A stretch of DNA of 50,968 nt, counting the filler, from Catajapyx aquilonaris (Eukaryota): NCBI GenBank assembly GCA_000934665.2. It is 2 parts of 2 records of this genome, joined end to end, with 100 filler letters (N's around TTAATTAATTAA, not from the genome) between each part and the next. Parts side by side here need not be neighbours in the genome. Positions count along the whole stretch, not along the records: positions 1 to 25,392 come from JYFJ02005371.1; 1 more part is not named here. One strand, 5' to 3'. A program made the translations under genes and the position numbers. This document shows, in pieces, positions 11,421-22,905 of this stretch; within the stretch, counting starts at the first letter, position 1; every line of letters begins with the position of its first letter. The notes under the pieces are model-generated. The model was given only the letters and a program-made list of their open reading frames with translations. It was not told where the DNA came from and searched no databases.

Positions 11421-13574
11421 GAAACCGAGAAAGTGAAGTGAGACCACAACAGCATGAGCATGTGTTTCCATGGCTGGCATATTGTTTCGTGCCTCTGATG
11501 AGTTGCATGAGCAACGAAACAGCTGTCAGGCTACATTCTGTCATGTACCCGGCCTGGTGAATACATGCTCTGATGAACTTGGGAGCACCTTTATTTCTTC
11601 TTGCTGGTGGCCCATATCTCAATTGTAGCCTTTGATGTCACATGATGGTGGACCTTGGTGTTACATCTTCTTGGTGAAGCCTGCATGTGCAGCGGAGTGA
11701 GGCCTAACAATGAAGCCTGATTGTACAGCAGAGGGCGGCCACGCGGTCAGGTTGTCCTGTGGAGCATGCCCTTCAATACGCCTGGATTGCATTGTAGTAC
11801 AACCCTGGGGTGCATGTGCATGGGATTCTTGCAAGTGGATTGTGCGTTGTCATTCAAAATGTATTTTGTCTCCTTGATATGGAATGGTATGATTAATTCC
11901 TGTGTATGTAGCACCTCTCTGTATGTGAAGATGGACAGAAATGTGTGGGATAACCTCACATTATAATAATTGCAATATTTAATGGCACATTACGGCTTTT
12001 GAATTTCTACGCAACCCTTACACATCACTGGCACTTGCCTGAATAATTTAATTTCACCCAGTATCCACGTATTCCATTTTGCAGGCATGGTTATGAATAA
12101 ATGGCTCCTGGTCACTTGGCAAATGTGAGAAAACCAGTGCCACAGCAGTATAAGCAACGCTGCACATGGGAAGTTATGGATGTCCTTAGAAAGTATATGG
12201 AGATGGAATAAATTGTGCTTGTGCAACAAACTAAGGGCTTTGCTTCAACCCCTTCTGACTATGTTACATGCTATTGTTACCCTTACAATCATTTGATGCT
12301 GAAGACATGACGTCCCTGGACGAATACCTGTTGTCCAGTTAGTATAACTTCAAAAAAGAGCAGGTTATGGGCTCAAAATTTAATTTTCGGATATCCAACC
12401 AGAATTCAAAATTGTCCCTGGTCAGATTACACACTAATTTAGCAAATACACGTATGACTGTTTTCAAAAACACGATGAGGAAGAGATTAACAATTCCCCT
12501 CGAGATCAAGTCATGAAGACAGATTGCACAATGGCAACCAAGTAACGACATGGCCTACGGAACACTTCCCTGTTCATTCAAGTGTCCAATGTGGTTGAAA
12601 AATGTTGTTTACAGACGCACGCGCACACCCCCTTGCAAAAGTTTACCTATGAGGGTACGAATCATTTGTCCCTATAATTCACTCAATGTGGGATCAAACT
12701 TGTGCAGCTGTGTGCAAAGTGAAATTATTCCACCTGTGCCAGAAATCATGCCTTCATAGACACCAGATGTGATGGGTGTGGCAAGTGACACCAGCATAAT
12801 AATTCTTCTAGCGACCATACAGACAAGAATCAATGCTCTGAGCTATGCAATCACGGCCCTCAGCCTAGCATTTGTAGGAGCAAAAGGAATGCCCACATAA
12901 TGCCCTCAGCTTGATGCCAATTGGTGTCCAAACATTACTAAAAGCCCACCATCCACTTGCAGTCGAAATGCTAAAGTACACTGTATGAATATCTATATTT
13001 GACACACCCTAATGAATCTTCCCATGTAGTCTGGAGTCTCAGATTCGACTCATGGAAAACCAGAGGATGAGGAGGAAGAAACTAATTACACACGTTACAC
13101 TAAACTAGGAGGTTGGGAGAGCAACGCTGGAAGAGCTACGCTGGAACAGATTAATTTTACGCAACCTGAACCCAGATAGTGTCAATGCAACATCATCCCG
13201 ACCATCAAAGATGTGCTGCATGCAACCTTTGACATGCAATATCATGTCCACTTATTGGGGGGATTTGGAAGGTGGTCTATTGTTTGACAACTTGCCATAT
13301 AAAACCACCATTGGCAAAGTCAATTGACGCCACCTAAAGTGACAAAGCCGCCACTGTTACCAAACCAAGTGTCTCCCGGCAATGACAATGCACATGGAGA
13401 AGAATACATTGAATATGATAATGCGTAAGTTATGGCCTGTGTCCTTCCTACCTAGGGGAAGGTGTAGCTTCATTTCGATATTAATTTTGTACCCCATATG
13501 TTACGCTCTCCAATGTTTTTAAATGACTTGTCCATATCAAAACTAAATCCTTGCTGCTAACTTCGTTTTACCAG

Positions 13575-13707
13575 GAATAATGGAAATCATGTGGGACTTG
13601 TAATACCATGTGCGAGGAGGAGGAGGAGATGGAGGAGTGGGAGGAGGAACCTGAGATGCTGGTCGACGTAACCGTCGACCAAGACCAAGACCCCCTTGGG
13701 GAGAAGG
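13575..13707 (+). other. Acidic exon-like remnant
   Basis: Acceptor ttcgttttaccag| and donor aag|gtatga. One frame reads MCEEEEEMEEWEEEPEMLVDVTVDQDQDPLGEK. Confidence 0.3.
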
Positions 13708-13849
13708 TATGAAGCATTTATTCCTTCATCCGGGGTGGACGAATAAACTGGCTTTTTTCTTTTAGCAAACTGTAGCAGAAAATATTAAAAGACATTGTAA
13801 ATCATAGAGAGAACTTGCACCAAGATAGTAAAAGTCAAGGAAAGGAAGG

Positions 13850-13980
13850 TTGGATTGTACTGATGGAGCACCTGCAATGATCGGTAACAAGGCCGGTTTT
13901 GCTGCCCTGGTCAAGGCCGACGCTCCTCATGCGAGTGCAACACACTGCATCCTGCACCGACACGCCTTGGCAAGGAAAGA
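13850..13980 (+). mobile_element. hAT Buster/Charlie (ZBED5/SCAND3-like) transposase catalytic-region fragment
   Basis: CTDGAPAMIGNKAGFAALVKADAPHASATHCILHRHALARK contains the CTDGAPAM.G and HC..HR.AL motifs. Confidence 0.85.
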
Positions 13981-14649
13981 AATTGGAATAAACCTGCTCT
14001 CCTGGAGAAATCCAGACATTAAATACAGTAAGAATATGGCAATGAATGGATTGCAAAAACCTCATTTTACGGCATGATCAATCACTGTCACTTCCAAGAG
14101 AAATGCTCATTTCCGTTCTGGATCTGCAATGAGCTGGAGCACACAAGTTCCAGACATAGCAAAGTGGTTTTGCAAGTCCCATAAAAATCACCTGCTTTTA
14201 TTTACTTCTGCATGTCCGGCTGGTTGCTAGCAGATGATCCTGCCTCAACCCATCAAACACTGAAGATGGCAAGGATAAACATTGAAACAACAAGCAAAGT
14301 CTTCACTGGACAAATGGAAAAAAATTGCTGGCGTCTTCAAATGAAACACCAAACCTTTGCAAGCCTTCTCCATCGCCAACAGACATTTTGCTGCTTAGGA
14401 CATTCTGACGTACACCAATGCTAAAAATTACTCCACAAACCACATTATGGCAGACAAATTAATTCGGCTCGAATACAAACAGATAATTTGCATAAATTCT
14501 GGGCATAATGTAATGAAAATCATTTCAAGGACTCTGCTCCTGCTTCCCAGTGAGTTCGGACGTGCCTTTTTCCGCTCCGTCGTCAGTCCGAGAGATAACA
14601 CGTACGGCTCCGACCATTCTGTACCTCCAACTGACAATGGCTGATCGAA

Positions 14650-14970
14650 TTCAAGGAACTACGAACTGCAGAAGAAAATGATAAAGGATTTGTCACAGTT
14701 GGCAAACGACATCAACATGAAGATCAACGAGGTGGTGACCAACTTGGACACCAAATGGAGAGCTAAGTTATCCGAAGCCACATGGTCATTGCAGCAGGAG
14801 CCATGGGCGCAAGCTGATGGAGGCAGGATGTGATCCTTTATGTGGTTAGGGACCCCAATTACTATAATCATGATGAGATGGACAAGGCCGTGAAGGTGGT
14901 GGTTGCATTTATACACCCGAGCGTGTGCACACTGACATCACATGATAGTCATCGCCTGGGTGCATTTCCT
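14650..14970 (+). mobile_element. LINE ORF1p fragment (coiled coil plus start of RRM)
   Basis: Coiled coil ELQKKMIKDLSQLANDINMKINEVVTNLDTKW, then in another frame DVILYVVRDP...MDKAVKVVV...SHRLG (NIIIYGVPE...HRLG pattern). Confidence 0.5.
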
Positions 14971-16045
14971 GGATTGTCTAGCTTCCAATCAACTTTAAAG
15001 GCGCTTCATGGAGGGGGGCAGGAGGAGACGCGCTTGGTGAAGTCAAATTCCAACAAACGGCTCTGCCCAAACCAGCTTCTTACACAATATTACTGCTCAT
15101 AACTTGATGGTACCTACTGCAAATACCTCCAGACGCATTGATTTGCGTATTGATATTTAATTACACATTAATTGGGGATGGTCGCATCTAGTACCAGCTA
15201 CTTTTGGGGGTTAGCTGCACATATCAACCCGAGGCTACCTGCTACGTCTAATCCAAGATGGTGCCAGTGTCTCCTAGTGGCACATTGGCATTTTGGGAGT
15301 CAGCATTGCATTCATATTTTTTCTGCTTGCTGCTTTTGGTGACTACAAGTGGAAAAGGCAATAAGGTAACGGGCCCCCACCTAACTGTACCAGATAATCA
15401 ATCACAAATGTGTAACAGAATATTTATGAGAAAGCGACTGGGATTCTAGGGAGTGCCGTACTGTTGAATGCCAAAGGTATGGCCAAGGACCAGCCCCAGA
15501 TGCCCAGCCGTAGCACCAGGGCGACACCTCATGGCCAGCAACCTTATCACGTGCCCTATGATGCCCCATCCCCTCCCTTATCGGGCCCTCATCGTTGACG
15601 GTGTCCACCCAGACCCAGCGGAGGACACATACCAACTTCACATAATATTTAAATTTTGGTCATTGAAAATATCCTCACCCCAATAACACTAACATTTAAG
15701 TCATAAATGTGAAGAATTTTACCTTCATATCTGAAACCTCCTTTACCAGTGGTTTTCTTGTCGTGTAAGTCACGGATTCCTTTTATATATTTATATCTCT
15801 CAAATGAAACGAGTACCTGGTAAAATAAAACCATTAATAAACACTTAGACACATACTGCCTATTCTGTTTAAACACCCTCTCCTTAAATGCTAAGTTTGT
15901 GCTTTAAAAAATTAAAAGTTAGGCATACACTGAGTGTTATGTCATGTAAGTCACGCGTGGAATTAGCCTAAGGTAAGTTTAAAAACTTCCTAAAATCTAG
16001 GGCTAAGGTTGATCGATTTTGTGTCTTTTCAAGATCTCAGCAAGG

Positions 16046-16214
16046 TGGTCCACCATTAGAGCCATTAGTTCATTTGAGCCCAGCTATATCTGGATTACCA
16101 CTCGACGTAATCCCCATGCTAAAAGAACTTGTAAGTCTACTCTTCGAGCCAATCAGCTCACTACTACCATACCAGCCAGTATTAAACCCAGAAGTTGGTC
16201 CACCATTAGAGCCA
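16046..16214. repeat. 19-bp exact direct repeat, 150 bp apart
   Basis: tggtccaccattagagcca at 16046-16064 and 16196-16214. Confidence 0.8.
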
Positions 16215-17212
16215 ATAATTCAATTTGGCAGACCAGCAGCCTTCGCAGCACACACGACACATTCTGCTGGATTTTACATTTTTAAAATTTTCTCTATGCA
16301 CCACAAGCATTTTAGTCGCGTTCCGGAATGTTTTCAGTACATCGAAAAATCACGTTTAAGCCTGTCGTTAGTGACTATACGGCGTATGTTCCCACTACCG
16401 GCGATAGGTGGCGGGGGTGACCCGGGATACACATCGATGTTTGAAGTGAAACATCGATATATCAATGGTGGGGGTGGCCAGAACGCCGTGGTTCTTGTGG
16501 TTCTCCCCTCCGCATCTCAGACGAAGCGCATCAGGAAGGGGACAGCCAAGTGGACTGACCCTCACCCACCCCCAACGAACGAAGACACCAAGTGACCAAG
16601 CTACTATACACATGTGGTAAATCTACACACTGTGTTCTACGAGCATTACATGGTTTGGTGCTGACTTTTCGTTAATGAGTTGAACCGACTGCCCTATAAT
16701 ATTGTCGGTTTTTTCCGTTAAGCTTTTGTCTTTCCGTGGAGAGATCAGATGAAAAGATTTCTCATACGCACGCCAGCGGAACTAGAAGCCACCTGTCACA
16801 TACTAATACAGATACCGATAGTGATACAGTCCTGAGATGCATTTAGATCTTGGCTACAACTTTTCTGATTTGGCTACAACTTTTAGGTGCAAGTTAGCCA
16901 AAATACTGCAAAAAAAAATTTGGCAGCTTAATCCCTGAAGAGGTGGTGTAAGGGATGTAGCAGGTGAGGCCTGGAACCACCAAAGGGGACATTCGGTCGA
17001 AGTTGCTGCAGGGGTTGGAAGGCCTGATTGGCTCTGACGAATGATTGGACCCTGTCTTCTACTTGTGCGTCGCATGAGCTTTTCCAGTCCAGTCAGTAGG
17101 AAGCATGGCGCGATTAGATCCTCCCCCTCCGTCTAACCCACCAGCTTGTTTCACTACCATGTGTGGCGAGCTTTATCATTCTGTCCCTTCTCCTTGCAAG
17201 TACAAGTTCTTC

Positions 17213-17883
17213 TCAAATGAAGGTCATCCCAGGGATCTCCTTCCCCCCTCCTGCCCTTGTTGTCCCCGCCAGTACCCCGCAAGGGATCTCTTGATGGTTT
17301 GGGGATTGATGCCCTTCCCAACCCTTTGCCCCTGAAGACCCCCAGGATGACCCCCCAATGTCCTTTCTGCTCAAACTCCTTCTCCCAACATTTTTAAAAA
17401 TGCGGCTGCAATCACTGAGCGATTGGTTGGCGGCTTCAGCAAAATCACTTGGGCGCTTGTCATGATGTTCTAATTCTTGGACAGGAACCGCTACTTTCAG
17501 GTGTTGCTGAAGTGCAGTATGCAGATGGCACCCAAGTACAGAAACAGTTGGCAACCCTGAGCTGAGGTCTTGCAAGTCCCCATTCCCACCAGAAATCTTG
17601 TTGACCATCACCATCTCTTGCACAGCTTCAAGGTCTGACGCATAAGACTTGGGATCCCAGCGGTTATGAACTAGTCCAGGGTGGTTGCTGTTCCATGAAG
17701 CCAGTGAATGGGTTCCAGAAGACACAGCGTCAACCCCAGCAGCTTTGATGATAGTGGCAACGGCGCAGGCAGCTTCACGTTCCTTCACGCCACTAGTCTT
17801 CTACCAGCCCACAGGTTGGTCGCAATGGATCCACAGGTTTCTCAGGTACATAATGGTGTCCCTACTTGACAGCTCCAAAAAAC
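17213..17883 (-). other. Unidentified exon-like remnant
   Basis: Acceptor tctctttttccag| at 17884, with a 191-codon open frame at 17213-17788 preceded by an in-frame stop. No recognisable domain. Confidence 0.25.
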
Positions 17884-18383
17884 CTGGAAAAAGAGATCCA
17901 GCAGTTAATACACAGTGACAACAGGCTTCATCTAACCCAAATTTGCTGAATACCTTATAATGGGCAGTTGATTATTAATATGCAAGGCTTACTGCACTAC
18001 ACTTCCATGGCAAAATAATTCAGCTTTTTATTGCCAATGGCACACGTGACAAACACTTGCCATATGACAAATTGTCCACACAACTGATCAACCAAATGCA
18101 TTGTCACTTTCAGTCCAAATTTGCAACCTAATCCGAGAAAACTGTAGTTGGGGGCAGCGATTCACCATGAGTATTTTTCCATATTGGAATGAAGGGCTGG
18201 AAAACCCCTGATTTAAATTGTGATTTCACAAAATGAGGTCTAATTCAATGATTACCACCTCCATGGAAAATAAATATGACCTGCACGTTATCAATATGGA
18301 AACCGATTAGATTTACTTTCATAGATGCACATCACCTGCTTATTTGAATGGCCCTTGATCCTAACAGTCTCTCGGCAAATATT

Positions 18384-18425
18384 TTAACCCTTTAATTGAC
18401 AATGTATCTGTAAAGATACATCGCT
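18384..18425 (+). mobile_element. piggyBac-like terminus (one end only)
   Basis: TTAA-CCCTTT followed by the short palindrome atgtatct-gtaa-agatacat. No partner end was found. Confidence 0.45.
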
Positions 18426-19709
18426 CTCAAACATTTGTAGCGGGCCTGCCGGAAATAGGGTGCGCGAACTGTATGGTGTATATTTTTAATTATTTGAGGA
18501 TGTTTCCAATCACATCAACCATCTGATTCGCGCACTCACTCTCTGGCGGGTTTGTTGCAAATATTTGAAAACTAATTTATCTCCAATAATACTGTGCCAA
18601 TTCAAGCGTTAAGCAATATTACATCCGCCATGCAAGTTTTGCATGTAGTTTTATTTGCTAATCAATATGAATATAATCTGGTTAGTTAACATAAAAATCG
18701 GGTTAGTGCACTGACCACATAGGAAACGGCATAAAATATCTGGCCTGATATCTTGACTGCAATTTTCTCAATAATGCCTGGGAACCATAATTGAAGGCAG
18801 CTCACAGAAAAAATTGCAATAAATCTGCAAAGTTAATTAGGCAATATTTCATAATGATATGGCAGCCAGTGTGAATGAGTTCTCGTCATGCTTATCCTCC
18901 ATCGCATTACTATCTTGTGCTTTACACCATCAATAAACTTGTCATTTAACAGAGGCAATCAATAAAATGTGAAGAAAACAAATTTACATAAAAGGATACG
19001 AGATTTGGGTTTCTCATCATGATGTGTTCGTAAAATGTCAAGAAATTATCCTGCTGGTGCAAGATTTTTATTTATTTTAAACAATCCATATTTTTCCAAG
19101 AGTCAATCCCACACCAGTTCTATTAGGTGCCTGATATCATTGGACAGTGCGGCAGAATAGGAAAAAGCTGGCCAAGAACGAAAAATGCAAACTTTCTTTG
19201 CAATAATAAAAGAGGATCTTATCACAATCGAAAATGTCCAACCTATCAGACTGCCGAATATTTTCGACTTGGGTTCCTTTGTTACACCACAATAACGTGT
19301 CAAACATGGCAGATTTTACGCTTCCTGTATCGCCGGCAAAAGTAGCACCAAATAATATTTCATTGATTCCGAAAGTACGATAGAGAATGTAAAGAAACAT
19401 ATGTGACAACATTATGTATTGCGTGCTCTCTGTCCAATATTATTATATTTTTAAATCTTCCATTATAAAAGCACAAAAAATTCAGAAGATATCGATATTT
19501 TAAAAGTGACATTTTCACACAAAGTTAGGCCTACAGTCCTTTGGCCGCCTCCCTCCGCGGCTTTTCGGTCAGGGGGTGATAGCCAATGTTATGCTTGAGC
19601 TTGCTCAGGCAAAAAGTATTGCACATATATGCACATAAGGATAAAAGACGTATCTTTCCTCGTGGCTACGATTACGGATCTGCATCCAAAAAAGATGACA
19701 AGATCTGCG

Positions 19710-20347
19710 GTTCAATTGTGACCTGGGAAGTGCATGAATTTTCGAAATTACCATTCAAGGAACACGGCGGCTGTGAATCCAATATATGTATAGAGAGCCA
19801 TAGTAAAACATACAACCAAAATCATCCCAAGATAATTTTATTTGGTCAAGGAAGCCATTGAAAATAAATGTGCCCTCTACATAAAATGATCGAAAATGGT
19901 TACTTTTAAAAATGGTGGTTTGCTCCACACTCTAGATGTTACACTGAAATGTCACAATTTTTAAAATAAAATTTTTCCGTCGTTTCATGTAGAGGACAGA
20001 TTCGTTTTGAATAACTTTCTAGACCAAACAAAATTGACTTGGAATGATTTGGGTTGTATGTTTTATTAAGGCTCTCTATACATATATTGGATTCCCAACT
20101 GCCATTTTTAAAATAACAAATGTCGGTCATTTTATGTAAAGGACACATTCATTTTCAATGGCTTCCTTGACCGAATAAAATTGTTTTGGGATTATTCGGC
20201 TGTATGTTTCACTATGGTACTCTATACATATATTGGATTCACGTCCGCCATGTTCTTCCAATGACTCATTCACATGCACATTCTATCAAAATGTACTCCT
20301 TGAATGACATTTCGAAAATTCATGCACTTTCCAGGTCACTATTGAAC
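19710..20347. mobile_element. Foldback-like element with long inverted arms built of ~146-bp subrepeats
   Basis: About 19710-19920 is the imperfect reverse complement of about 20095-20347 (gttcaattgtgacctgggaagtgcatgaattttcgaaat... versus ...atttcgaaaattcatgcactttccaggtcactattgaac). The right arm has a second tandem unit (catatattggattc at 20081 and 20227). Confidence 0.85.
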
Positions 20348-20607
20348 TGGGGACTTCTGACCAGCTCTTTCAGATTCTACCGCACTGCACATTGGTTTGA
20401 ATTTTTTGGGGTTCTGCATCACACAAGGTCACATGCAACTCATAAGTGGACCACCAAGAAATCTGATAATTAAAGCACTCTTTGGGTGGGGGACTAAAAA
20501 TAGCACTCTAGGTGAAAATCACTGGATCTGGCCCCATCGATGCATGCACATGATGGGGCTGAAGCGTCCGAAACCTACAAACCCAAGTTGCATCTTGAGA
20601 GTGTCAT

Positions 20608-20823
20608 GTACTATCGGACGCATAAACAATGTCAGGGGAGATTCTTCGTTCAGCCTTGCGGAAGCAACCCATTGCACCTGGGTAGCTAAGGGAGGAGGGA
20701 AAAAACTCAGCAGATGAGCACGGACGTACACACAAGTGTGTATGTGCACATCTGTGCAATGGTTTGCCTCCACCAGGCTGAACGAAGACTCTCCCCGGAC
20801 ATTGTTTTTGCGTCCTATAGTAC
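20608..20823. repeat. Inverted repeat with 70-bp arms (62/70 identical) and a 76-bp spacer
   Basis: 20608-20677 aligns ungapped to the reverse complement of 20754-20823 with 8 mismatches. Confidence 0.9.
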
Positions 20824-21423
20824 CGCCTCATATGCTGTGCACTAGAAGGTGACATCATCCTATTGCGACATCTGTGCGGTATTTTGATGCCGGCTTCCAC
20901 TCCTCGGGAAAATCCAACATAATTCTATATGATTTCCCACTCCCTCTAATAAATTATGACAACAGTAAGTGTCCATTTAAGCATTTTTAAAGGTCTAGTT
21001 TAAACTGAGGTAACGTGAATTTAAACATGCTTTTGAACGACATATAATTTACTATTATTTATTATTTATTTTGGATCATGTGCATGGGAGTTGTTTCCAG
21101 TCAAACAGAGGGCTTTATATTAAATAAAGGGATAGTAATTCTATGGCTAATTCACTTTGGAATAGACATCTCCAGATATCAGTAACGGTATTGCCCTTGG
21201 AACAAACTAATCACACTGACAAGTCTGGCATATCAGTTCAGAGGATACAACAAAATATTTACTATCGTGCAGAAAACTATTGTCACATTTACCTATGTGC
21301 ATACGTACTTGCCATACCAAATGCCCTAATAAAATTGGCCAGATGGTTAGTGGATTCACTGTGCTTACACAAAAAATAACACGAGGCATTGAGGAGGAGG
21401 CTTCTGTGGAATGTGGCATAATA

Positions 21424-21506
21424 CAGTCGAATCCCTCTATAACGAAATTGAAGGGAACCCAATTTTCTTTCGTTACATCCGGATTCGTTCTAGAATGATT
21501 CGACTG
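21424..21506. mobile_element. 83-bp Tc1/mariner (pogo/Tigger-like) MITE
   Basis: TA|CAGTCGAATCCCTCTATAACGAA...TTCGTTCTAGAATGATTCGACTG|TA: 23-bp TIRs with 3 mismatches and a TA target-site duplication. Confidence 0.85.
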
Positions 21507-21701
21507 TATGGCAGATCCCCTCAAAATCAAATTTTTTGGCGTAGAGTGCTGCTAATAACATCGGATTAAAAAGTGAAACTCAAGGTTTCCATACCAATCC
21601 TTTAACTGAGAAAATCAAAGTGTGAAACTCTTTCATTATATGTTGCGGTATCAAGTTTGTCGCAACAGGCATTAATTACTATTTAATCATAGAACAACCG
21701 A

Positions 21702-21984
21702 AGCAGGTTGGCATAGTGGATAAGGCGTCCGACTGCTAATCGGGAGGTCCTGGGTTCGAATCCCGGGGCCGGCTACTCTGACCGTGGTTATCTGTGATTT
21801 CCCACGGTCCTTCCAGGAAAATTCCGGAGTTGCTTCCGTAATTAATAGGCCACAGCCGCTTCCTTCCGTCCCTATCCTATCCAAAAAGCGCAGTAAAATG
21901 AAAGCAAAGAGTTCCAGGCAAAACAAAAACTTCCCCCCTAAAGAGACGATAGGCTGATAAAGGGCTATGAATTATTATTATTAT
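21702..21984 (+). mobile_element. tRNA-derived SINE
   Basis: Cloverleaf head at 21702-21775 with A box TGGCATAGTGG and B box GGTTCGAATCC. The body (gtgatttcccacggtccttccaggaaaattccggag...aggccacagccgcttccttcc) resembles arthropod Lm1/Talua-type SINE cores from memory. Ends in an (ATT)n tail. Confidence 0.85.
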
Positions 21985-22814
21985 ATTAAAGAAATCAGAG
22001 AACAGAAGCGGAATTTACACTCAGGCGGTTTCTCTTCTCTTTTTCGAGTTTGCAAAATCTAGGTTCGAAATAAAGTTGCACATTTCCCCAGTTAATTAAA
22101 ATACGGAGAAATTTTTATGTCAATGTTTACAGCAATGATCAACATTGTGACTAATAAGTAATTTTTAGATTGACATACATTTCACTAAAACTGTCACTTA
22201 ATTGGGCATGTGCAGTAATGTTGGCTCATTATGCCTACTTATATAACCAGCATTGCAAAATAATCTCACAAAGTGTACAAATATACACCTTAAAAAATTG
22301 AACATGATCCTCCATTGCACAGTATGTTACCAAATATTTTGTAGATTTTCATTCGTGAAACTAATTACTTTAAACGATTTTGGTCCTTTCAGGAGCACAA
22401 AAAATACTCAGCATAAAACAAACATGCCTCTGAAGGAATAGGCCCAAAAAGTCTCAAAATTGCTTCGAAAGGTTCAAAAACCATTCCGAATTAGGCCAAT
22501 TAGGCATGAGAAGTCGCAAAAAGCCAAAATATGCAAATCAGTTCCCAAAACCATGAAATAGGCAATTTTAGGCACTATACAACCTACATATTCCACATCC
22601 TGCACATATGAAACGGATAATTCTTTTCACGAAACCATCCCAACTGTTTAGGAACTAAATAAGCATTTGCCTAAAAATCCCGGCTGTAAAGGGACTCTCC
22701 ACTCAAAAAACAAGTTGCCCTCTAAAATTCGGGCTAAAAATCCTGATTTCAAAGGTGCAATCGGTATTTTTCTACGCGGAAAAGAAAAGCCAGGACGAGT
22801 CGTTAGTGTCCCAG

Positions 22815-22905
22815 AAGTTGCGTCATCTGCTAATGAGCTGCCCCTCCAACCCACTCCGCCCCTACTCAGCCGCCGCCGCCGAGCGCGCGCGCGCGCCGCC
22901 ACCCG
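22815..22905. promoter_or_regulatory. Small CpG-rich island with GC box, (CCG)n and (GC)7 tract
   Basis: TGCGTCA, CTCCGCCCC, a gccgccgccgcc run and gcgcgcgcgcgcgc (22883-22896) in an AT-rich context. Confidence 0.35.

Noticed and set aside
21702..21775. Functional tRNA-Ser(GCT) gene
   Set aside because: No long variable arm, a mismatch in the acceptor stem and no poly-T terminator. It runs into a SINE body and (ATT)n tail.
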